DNA of 64,000 bases from Myxococcota bacterium (GTDB lineage Bacteria; Myxococcota_A; Polyangia; HGW-17), in contig JAHJMN010000046.1 of NCBI GenBank assembly GCA_018821305.1, forward strand, positions 15,894 through 79,893. Direction: 5' to 3'. Of this stretch, positions 9,557-17,071 are shown piece by piece; within the stretch, counting starts at the first letter, position 1; each line of letters starts with the position of its first letter. The notes beneath the pieces are model-generated. The model did not search any database. It saw nothing but the letters and a program-made list of their open reading frames with translations, and was not told the DNA's origin. The translations under genes and the position numbers were made by a program.

Positions 9557-10421
9557 TATATACTCCGGCTTTTCGCGACGTTCTCACTTTGTAAAGTTTT
9601 TCAGTAAAACCACCTTCGTTTTCAAAATCCATGGCAAGTCTTTTTACTTGATTATCCAGAAGTGAACATGCAACTGTAATCAGTAAGAGTGCACTATTAG
9701 CGGATAATTCAGGGTAAATTTTTGAGGACAAGATGGACGAAGTGGACGAAGTGGACGAAGAATTAACAATTGTGTTAAATTGCTTGTGGGCTGAAGTTAT
9801 GATCCACTGGGCTACTTCATCTGCTGTTTTGAATCGCTGATTTATAAGTTCCTGTCGGAGTGGGTTACTGTAGTCCCACTGCTCTAAGCAGCGTTGTCTC
9901 AGGAAATCCTCATAATCGAGTTTCAGTTCTTCAAGACTGGCACGGGCAACCTGCGTTAGCTTCAGTTCGGTCTTTTTAGAAGTAGCTGAGGCCTGAGAAC
10001 CTTCAGCAATGTTCTGAACTCCGCTCCGAGCAGCCTGAATCATCTGGTCTTTTGTCCGGCTATATTTATCAATGTACCGCTCGCAGAACCTGACAGTTAT
10101 ATCGTAAACAAGCTGTGACAACTGAAAACTTTTCAACTTTCGGTACCCTCCATGTCTTGGAATTAAAGTGGACTGAGTGGACTGAGTGGACTGGGTGGAC
10201 TGAGTGGACTGGGTGGACTGGGTGGAGTTTGATGAACTGATCGAGCGTGGTTTTAAAACCTGCCTGCCTTGCCAAACATCCGGTTGCAGTAGCTCATCCT
10301 GTGCCAAGTGCTCATTGCACCCGATTTGGTCAACCTGCCCTGTATGTTCAAGGTGATCCGTTCGTCCACTCTGTCCACCTGGTCCACAATGTCCACGCTG
10401 TCCACTTTTTCTATTAAACAT
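9549..10421 (-). CDS. four-helix-bundle protein (23S rRNA-intervening-sequence/bAvd-like) with suffix domain and low-complexity insertions
   Basis: The core 'YDITVRFCERYIDKYSRTKDQMIQAARSGVQNIAEGSQASATSKKTELKLTQVARASLEELKLDYEDFL' matches the four-helix-bundle family as I recall it. The C-terminal '..DFENEGGFTEKLY' resembles the associated suffix domain. It has 8-nt overlaps with both neighbouring genes. Confidence 0.75.
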   Translation of the reverse strand: MFNRKSGQRGHCGPGGQSGRTDHLEHTGQVDQIGCNEHLAQDELLQPDVWQGRQVLKPRSISSSNSTQSTQSTQSTQSTQSTQSTLIPRHGGYRKLKSFQLSQLVYDITVRFCERYIDKYSRTKDQMIQAARSGVQNIAEGSQASATSKKTELKLTQVARASLEELKLDYEDFLRQRCLEQWDYSNPLRQELINQRFKTADEVAQWIITSAHKQFNTIVNSSSTSSTSSILSSKIYPELSANSALLLITVACSLLDNQVKRLAMDFENEGGFTEKLYKVRTSRKAGVYNG

Positions 10422-12264
10422 CTCTTACCTCCCGATTATTGCTCGCATTTTTACTGGCACTTACTGCTGTGTAAAAATTATTGAAAACGAGTTTGAATAT
10501 GAACCACCAAGCATAGATTGAATAAACATTACTGAAAGAGTTATAACTCATCAGTCCATGAGAAATTTCATTTCTAAGATTAGGTCCTGGAGATGTACAG
10601 AAAAGGTATTTTATCTCAAATTGTAGTTCTTCGCTGAAAACTGTTTTAAATTCAGGTAGTTTGACCAGTGTGCTAAGACCATTCTCATTTTCGATTCCGT
10701 TAGAATCTATCGTACTTGTTTTAGCTCCAGCATTTTTTAAATGGTATCTTACCAGATTTTCAAGTTGGGGAACCAGAATACTCAAAGAAGTTATAAAATC
10801 ATAGTTATATCCAGCATAAATGCCTTTCGAAAAAAAGAATTCTCTTCCCGGTGGTATTATGGGTGACCATTTGGTCACTTCCTGGAAGTCAATTTCCCTT
10901 AAATTATGTTCCCTGTTAAGTATATTAAGTGCTGGCAGTATTAATCCATATATATTTACTGTGATATGAATACCGTAAGTTTGTATTATACTTTCAACAA
11001 TTTTAGGATGTTCTTCTGATTTTTTTTCCGCATTAAGGATTCCTTCGCTTTTTGAAATAACATTACCTTCCGAACTGAAATGAGTTGATGGACAGAGATT
11101 TGAAAGAAGGTTATTATTTAAAAACTCTTCTGAATTTTTACGAATAAAATTAATATTTAAGGGTCCTGCAATATTTACAAACGATAAAAGTGCATCTCCT
11201 GGTTTTTTTCCAGAAATTGTTTTATTTGCCATGGGTAAGATTTCAGAGACATCTAAAGGCGAAAAGACTGGTTTCATCTGATCGAGCATCATTTTAGCTG
11301 CATTGTTCATTCTCTGGTGTGTTTCAGACAGTTTTTGTTCAATATCATACTGATCTCTAAATTCAGCGGGAATTTCACGATAATATTTCATTGCATTTTG
11401 ATAATTTTCATGAGCAAGAAACCATCCTTGCGGAGTTTCGCATTTTTCTCCGAAATCCTTAAAACTATCAGCAATTCTACATGTTATTTCGTGGTATTTA
11501 TCTTTATAGTAATTAGACCACTTGCGGCAGGCTTCGTAAAATAAAATTCCTGTGTGGTAATCTGATTTTTTAATTAATTCCTCTGCAGAATTTTCAAGTT
11601 TTATAGCAATTTCAGAATTTTCATTTTTTCCAAGATTGTACACCAAAAGTAGATCCGCCATCCAGATTAAAAACAGTCCATTTGAATAGTCTGATTGACG
11701 AAAAGCATCGATAATCTCTGTTTCCATTTCATTTAAATATTTTTCAGCAGTGTTTCCCATTATTTTTGCAAGATAAATTGCTCTGTACCAGCAATCTCTT
11801 CCATCTCGAATCCATTCTTCAGTCTCTAGCGGAGTTTTTCTATAGGCATCAATAGCTTGAAGATTTAATTTGTAACTTCTATTTCTATCAGCAGTTTTTA
11901 TCAGGTCAGCCAAGCGGGATTCCAGACATGGCAATTTTAGTTGTGGAAGAATATCTTCAAAAAAATCCAAATCTTCCTTTTTAAAATCCTCAAGCATTGC
12001 TGATCTGGTGTTCTGAAATATTAACATTGGAACAAAAGGATTTTTATTATTATCATTGTTTAAATTTAATGAACAGGCATCTGAAAGCAGCCAGTAAATT
12101 TTTGATTTTTTAAGGTCCCCGTTTTCTTTAAAAACCCGTGCAGCTTTTGCAAATGCTGAATACAGATCTGAGCATCTTTTTAGATTATCAATAAATCCCA
12201 GACATTCCTGCCAGTTGAAATCATTTTTACTTATTACTGTATTTCCAGAATACCTTTTCTCCAT
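10414..12264 (-). CDS. hypothetical 616-aa protein, DUF4209-like C-terminus with R-N-x3-H (HEPN-like) motif
   Basis: The long ORF starts 3 nt after the hsdS stop. The C-terminal 'SPGPNLRNEISHGLMS' places R564 at 10573-10575 and H569 at 10558-10560. The N-terminal ~400 aa is helical and repeat-like. The family assignment is from memory and was not searched. Confidence 0.6.
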   Translation of the reverse strand: MEKRYSGNTVISKNDFNWQECLGFIDNLKRCSDLYSAFAKAARVFKENGDLKKSKIYWLLSDACSLNLNNDNNKNPFVPMLIFQNTRSAMLEDFKKEDLDFFEDILPQLKLPCLESRLADLIKTADRNRSYKLNLQAIDAYRKTPLETEEWIRDGRDCWYRAIYLAKIMGNTAEKYLNEMETEIIDAFRQSDYSNGLFLIWMADLLLVYNLGKNENSEIAIKLENSAEELIKKSDYHTGILFYEACRKWSNYYKDKYHEITCRIADSFKDFGEKCETPQGWFLAHENYQNAMKYYREIPAEFRDQYDIEQKLSETHQRMNNAAKMMLDQMKPVFSPLDVSEILPMANKTISGKKPGDALLSFVNIAGPLNINFIRKNSEEFLNNNLLSNLCPSTHFSSEGNVISKSEGILNAEKKSEEHPKIVESIIQTYGIHITVNIYGLILPALNILNREHNLREIDFQEVTKWSPIIPPGREFFFSKGIYAGYNYDFITSLSILVPQLENLVRYHLKNAGAKTSTIDSNGIENENGLSTLVKLPEFKTVFSEELQFEIKYLFCTSPGPNLRNEISHGLMSYNSFSNVYSIYAWWFIFKLVFNNFYTAVSASKNASNNREVRDV

Positions 12265-12267
12265 AAA

Positions 12268-13398
12268 TTACGCCTCCTCGTACAGTTTGACGATTTCTGG
12301 TTTTATTCGCCACTGTCCAGTTAGCATTTTTTGCATCATGCCTCTTTTCTGGGTTTTATATTTTTCTAAAAGTTGCTTCAGTAAGTCGATTTCCTGCTGT
12401 GTGAAAGAAAGAGTCTCTGAAATCTGTTGTTGTTCCTCAATTGGTGGCCACCAAATTAGCAGACTCTTAATGTCTTTGGAGTACACATGTGGTTGAGCGC
12501 CACCTGATTGAAGAGAGTAGATTTTATGCTGTTCTGCCTTAAGACTGAAATAAAGAAATTTCGTAATTCCTTTAATTGCAAATAGAATATTGCAATCGGA
12601 TGCCCAAATTGGATAATTGTGATACCAAACAAATCCAGCGTATGCTCCTGATGCACTTACAGTGACTGTGGGCATTTCATGTGTATAACAATTTGTGAAA
12701 TAAGCATATGTTTGTCCACCAGCCACTACAGGAATTTCACCATCAATTTTTAGCTCTCTTGATAAAGACTTTCCTTTTTCTATTTTGATTTCTCTTCCTT
12801 CCAAATCTCCCAATTTTATTTTTTTCCGAGCATTTTTGCACAGAGCAGTGTATTGCGGATAATCTATTGAATCTTCGCCTGAAATTGAACCAGGAGACAT
12901 CATATCATTTAACAACCACTTGAATCGCATTTCCTTTGCCTGAATCAGGCGGTCGGTTGTTTCGATGGCTTCATCCCAGGTGGATAACATATCGGCAATG
13001 GCTTTCTGCTCCGGAAGCGGCGGAAAAAGGCACTTTAATTTGTGAATATTATTTCTGTTTAGTGTTGGAACTGAAGATGCTTCATCAAATTTTTCAAGAT
13101 TCAAATTTTCTAAAAATATTTTTACAAATTCAGGAAAATTATTCTTAAAATTCTTTACAAATAAAGTAGTGTCATGGGGCCAATAATTTTCGGTAACAAA
13201 ATATACTTTTCCAATTTTCCCTTTTCTTCCGGTAATTACTCCTGGACTTGAACATTTGTATTCATTATGAAAATATGAGATTCCGCTAGATGTAATTACT
13301 GGAATTTGGCCAAACTCAGTTTTGTCTTCGGTTAGATCAAACCCTCTTTGAAGTTCAAAGAAGTCAATAATATGACCTTTATTCCATTTATTTTTCAT
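12268..13398 (-). CDS. hsdS: type I restriction-modification specificity subunit (two TRDs)
   Basis: The central conserved region 'LPPLPEQKAIADMLSTWDEAIETTDRLIQAKEMRFKWL' and the C-terminal 'PPIEEQQQISETLSFTQQEIDLLKQLLEKYKTQKRGMMQKML' are typical HsdS coiled-coil spacers flanking two variable TRDs. Confidence 0.9.
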   Translation of the reverse strand: MKNKWNKGHIIDFFELQRGFDLTEDKTEFGQIPVITSSGISYFHNEYKCSSPGVITGRKGKIGKVYFVTENYWPHDTTLFVKNFKNNFPEFVKIFLENLNLEKFDEASSVPTLNRNNIHKLKCLFPPLPEQKAIADMLSTWDEAIETTDRLIQAKEMRFKWLLNDMMSPGSISGEDSIDYPQYTALCKNARKKIKLGDLEGREIKIEKGKSLSRELKIDGEIPVVAGGQTYAYFTNCYTHEMPTVTVSASGAYAGFVWYHNYPIWASDCNILFAIKGITKFLYFSLKAEQHKIYSLQSGGAQPHVYSKDIKSLLIWWPPIEEQQQISETLSFTQQEIDLLKQLLEKYKTQKRGMMQKMLTGQWRIKPEIVKLYEEA

Positions 13399-13433
13399 TT
13401 TATACTCCTACAAATAAATATAATTTCCATCAT

Positions 13434-14615
13434 TTAATTTATTATTTCACATATATGGACATTAACCGGAAACCCAGCGATGGAAGAGACCAGTTTGTTT
13501 ATAACTTTATTTTTTCTTTTTAACTGTCTAAAGATAAAATCTGGGTAAAAAACCAGCGTAATATTCAGAACTCCATCAATGTAATCATCTTCAATGAAGT
13601 GCCCTTCTTCCAATTGAAAGCCAAGTGAATTCTGAATTTCTTTAATTTTATTGATTATTTCATTCCATTTTTCATCATTTATTGTTGGTATTTTGGGGGA
13701 TGAATTCTCAGGTAAAACTGATCCTGTATGCAGGTTGTTATTAACCGGGACTATGGAATTTTCAGTTTTCTCGGTTATTTCCAACTTTGTTTTCACTTTT
13801 TTTTCAATTGATTTCAAATCATTTTCAGGGGTAGGTAAGTTCTCAGGCATTGTTCCCCCAAGATCTTTAATAGTCTGCCGTATTTTGCTTCCTACTTCAA
13901 AATGAGTCTTGTTCGCTTTTTCTTTTCCTGTAACGTTTTCACGTCTAAGTTTGTCTTCTGTCTGGGTTGCTCTGAAGAGATTGGCTGCCAATTCAGTACT
14001 GCCCATATTATCAAGAATCTGCTGGCTCTTTTTTAATCCTTTTCGGGCATGAATCCTTTTTGCGTCCAAACCACCATAAAGCCCTTTGTATCCATGGTTT
14101 TGAAAAATTGCAAAATCAAGATTGGATTCAACTCCAGCCTGTTGGGCAGCTTCAACTAGTTTTTTATTGTGTTCCTTCATCTCATTTCTCAGATAAAATC
14201 TCTTTTCGTCTTCTTTAAGTTCCTGGAAAGCCACATCATCAGCAAGTTCCTGTCTTCTTGTCTGAATGGCAAAATAGGTCTGGCCATTTGCAATTACCGA
14301 CTTTGAGGGATCTCCATTTTGAACAATAAGATAGCAGGCATAGCGGGAAAGAGCATAAGACTCCATTTTGCGCTCAGCACCTGAACCAATAGGAACCATC
14401 TCGTGCATCTCCACGAAATGGTTTTCCAGCAGTTGTCCGCTATTGACACATGCTTTTTTTGCTTTTTCGATAACTGGAAGAAAGTTACGATATTCTGCAT
14501 AGTCCAGAGTTTTTCCCAACTGTCTGGCCATCCAGTATTCAAAACCGTCATTACCAAGTTGTTTAATGTTCTCAAATGTCTGATCATGCTGTTTTTCGAT
14601 ATCCTTATTGCTCAT
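13434..14615 (-). CDS. dinD: DNA-damage-inducible protein D (DinD)-like protein with ~120-aa C-terminal extension
   Basis: The N-terminus 'FENIKQLGNDGFEYWMARQLGKTLDYAEYRNFLPVIEKAKKAC...YALSRYACYLIVQNGDP' resembles E. coli DinD as I recall it. Confidence 0.7.
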   Translation of the reverse strand: MSNKDIEKQHDQTFENIKQLGNDGFEYWMARQLGKTLDYAEYRNFLPVIEKAKKACVNSGQLLENHFVEMHEMVPIGSGAERKMESYALSRYACYLIVQNGDPSKSVIANGQTYFAIQTRRQELADDVAFQELKEDEKRFYLRNEMKEHNKKLVEAAQQAGVESNLDFAIFQNHGYKGLYGGLDAKRIHARKGLKKSQQILDNMGSTELAANLFRATQTEDKLRRENVTGKEKANKTHFEVGSKIRQTIKDLGGTMPENLPTPENDLKSIEKKVKTKLEITEKTENSIVPVNNNLHTGSVLPENSSPKIPTINDEKWNEIINKIKEIQNSLGFQLEEGHFIEDDYIDGVLNITLVFYPDFIFRQLKRKNKVINKLVSSIAGFPVNVHICEIIN

Positions 14616-14664
14616 TTAAAATCCTCCTTCACAGACCATTTGCTTATGCCGGAAATCTGGATCA

Positions 14665-16224
14665 TTATTCAACCCCTCTATCTATCTGCTTAAGTTTTTC
14701 AGCTAATTTGATTCGAATAACAGCGAGTTCTTTTTCCAGTTCGTCGATTTCAGTCTGCACAGCATCAATATCGATGGGTTCTTCTTCCTCAAAAGTGTCA
14801 ACATATCTTGGAATATTGAGATTAAAGTCATTTTCCTTTATCTCTGAGAAATCGGCAGTATGAGCGTATTTATCAACATCCTTCCGATTGTGATAAACAT
14901 TCAAAATTGTTTCAAGATGTTCATCGGAAAGGGTGTTCTGATTTTTACCAGATACAAAATCTCGACTGGCATCAATAAAAATAATATCCCGGCAGTTATC
15001 CCGGGTGCCACCTGCTTCACGACGGCGATCAAATACCAGAATTGCGACAGGAATGTTGGTTGTGGTAAACAGGTTACCCGGAAGACCAATTACAGCGTCA
15101 AGGAGGTTTTCCTCGATCAATTTCTGCCGGATACGACCTTCAGCAGCGCCCCTGAACAAAACTCCATGTGGGACCACAACAGCGACTCGTCCCTGTTTTT
15201 CCAGAGCTGTTTCCACCATGTGGGTGATAAAGGCCCAGTCACCCTTGCTTTTAGGGGGGACACCGCGCCAGAAGCGGTTGTACTGATCGCCTTCAGCATT
15301 CTCAGCACCCCATTTATCCAGTGAGAATGGCGGATTGGCTACCACACAATTGAATTTCATGAGCCTGTCGTTTTCTACCAGAAGTGGGCTGTTCAGTGTA
15401 TCACACCACTCTATCCGGGCGGAGTCAAAACTGTGCAGGAACATATTCATACGGCAAAGAGCCCATGTGGAACCGTTGGATTCCTGACCAAAAAGTGCAA
15501 AATCTTTGCTTCCCACTTGTTTTGCAGCCTGAATTAAAAGACCACCTGAACCACAGGCGGGATCGCAGATTCGATCACCGGGTTCGGGCCCAGCTAGTTT
15601 TGCTACAAGTTCAGTGACTTTAAGTGGTGTGAAGAATTCACCGGCTTTCTTTCCTGAATCAGAGGCGAAACGTTCAATAAGATAAATGTATGTGTTGCCT
15701 ATTACATCCTCGGAAACGAGGCTTGGTTTCATACTAAGTTGTGGCTTATTGAAGTCTTCAAGCAACTGCTTAAGGCGGCGGTTTCGGTCTTTTGTTTTAC
15801 CGAGGGCCGACTCGCTGTTGAAGTTAATATTACGAAAAACACCTTCAAGTTTCGAACGGTTGGCCATTTCTATCTGATCGAGGACGATGTTGATGAGTTC
15901 TCCAATGTTAGCCTCATTACGTCGCTCGTAAAGGCTGTAGAATGTTGCAGTAAAAACTTCCTGAGAGGGTTCATTCGGTGCCCCAAGAGTAATTTCAGGA
16001 AGAATAAAGCGTTCGCGTTCAAGTCTGCGACGAATACGAACATGGTCATTACCATATTGTTTCTGATACTCATCCCAGTGATCCTGCCAAACGTCGGAAA
16101 TATATTTTAAAAATAGCATTACAAGGATGTAATCCTTATATTGTGCAGGATCCACTACGCCTCTGAATGTATCACATGCCGCCCATGCAGCGGCGTTGAT
16201 ATCTTTCTGGTCGATTGTTGTCAT
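14665..16224 (-). CDS. hsdM: type I restriction-modification DNA methyltransferase subunit M
   Basis: Contains the N6-adenine MTase motifs 'GEFFTP', 'DPACGSGG' and 'VVANPPFSL'. 519 aa. Confidence 0.95.
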   Translation of the reverse strand: MTTIDQKDINAAAWAACDTFRGVVDPAQYKDYILVMLFLKYISDVWQDHWDEYQKQYGNDHVRIRRRLERERFILPEITLGAPNEPSQEVFTATFYSLYERRNEANIGELINIVLDQIEMANRSKLEGVFRNINFNSESALGKTKDRNRRLKQLLEDFNKPQLSMKPSLVSEDVIGNTYIYLIERFASDSGKKAGEFFTPLKVTELVAKLAGPEPGDRICDPACGSGGLLIQAAKQVGSKDFALFGQESNGSTWALCRMNMFLHSFDSARIEWCDTLNSPLLVENDRLMKFNCVVANPPFSLDKWGAENAEGDQYNRFWRGVPPKSKGDWAFITHMVETALEKQGRVAVVVPHGVLFRGAAEGRIRQKLIEENLLDAVIGLPGNLFTTTNIPVAILVFDRRREAGGTRDNCRDIIFIDASRDFVSGKNQNTLSDEHLETILNVYHNRKDVDKYAHTADFSEIKENDFNLNIPRYVDTFEEEEPIDIDAVQTEIDELEKELAVIRIKLAEKLKQIDRGVE

Positions 16225-16245
16225 TAAATTGTCTCCTTTATTTAG

Positions 16246-16821
16246 TCAGTAACCTTTTTTTATAATTTTACAAAGTTGATTTGTTATAAGTTGATATTTT
16301 TTCTCTGCAATTGCCTTTATGATTTCGTTTTCACGGCGAGCCAGAGCAGCAATGTCGATAAGTCTTGTTTGAATTTGAATAGGGAGTAGAGGAACCTCCA
16401 GATTTTCAAGTGTTTCTTTAGAAATCATTTTCTGGACTGTGAAATTAGCTCGGCTTTCCAGAAAAGCCTGAGCCTGTTTCTGACTCATGTACCAGTTGAG
16501 GAATTCCGGTAATATGAGCTCTGTGTTTTTTATACGGATCCTCAGGAGGGGAGCGGCAATAACTGCATTACCGGGATCAGTAGAAATTATAGCCGAATCT
16601 GAAGTGTTTCCCCGAGTTCGGAATACAAGATCACCTGTTTTTACAAAATGCTTTTCGTTAATATCATTAAAAGAAATGCGAATTACTTCAGAGAAATCGA
16701 CAATTTCGTCACCAAGATCTTTCATCTGAATAATGATGAGATTTCCGCCTGAGGTTGGTTCCAGACGAGATCTGAAAGAATAACCCATTTGGATATCAGC
16801 CACTTCTTTAAGTAAAGTCAT
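16246..16821 (-). CDS. hsdS: half-size (single-TRD) type I specificity subunit
   Basis: Track ORF is 16246..17058. The HsdS-like sequence begins at the internal Met (16821) as 'MTLLKEVADIQMGYSFRS'. It ends with the conserved helix 'LPIQIQTRLIDIAALARRENEIIKAIAEKKYQL'. The product would be about 192 aa. Confidence 0.7.
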   Translation of the reverse strand: MTLLKEVADIQMGYSFRSRLEPTSGGNLIIIQMKDLGDEIVDFSEVIRISFNDINEKHFVKTGDLVFRTRGNTSDSAIISTDPGNAVIAAPLLRIRIKNTELILPEFLNWYMSQKQAQAFLESRANFTVQKMISKETLENLEVPLLPIQIQTRLIDIAALARRENEIIKAIAEKKYQLITNQLCKIIKKGY

Positions 16822-17071
16822 AAAATAACTCCGTCTATTTTTGTAAAAAGTAACTATACTATCTACAGAAACGCTGTTACTGCATTGTATGTTTTTAGTG
16901 CCAAAAGACCATTTGTCAATAGGCAGGAAATGCAGAAATGCTATTTCTGTAGATCTAGCAGGTTTGGTAAAGAATTTTGAATCCATCATACACTTAGGGT
17001 TTCGTTGAGAAACGCGGCTTTTCAAAATTGGAAATTGATGTAAAATTACTCGCTGCAAATGGGAGTTTTAA

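Noticed and set aside
9549-10421. Diversity-generating retroelement, suggested because the four-helix-bundle protein is bAvd-like
   Set aside because: No reverse transcriptase gene and no template/variable repeat pair with A-specific mismatches is visible in the window. Four-helix-bundle genes are also common passengers of R-M loci without DGRs.
16822-17058. 80-aa N-terminal extension of the half-size hsdS ORF (track start 17058)
   Set aside because: The extension has no HsdS similarity, is Cys/Phe/Lys-rich junk-like sequence, and would remove the promoter space for the divergent 17072 gene. The internal Met at 16821 begins the typical HsdS N-terminus.
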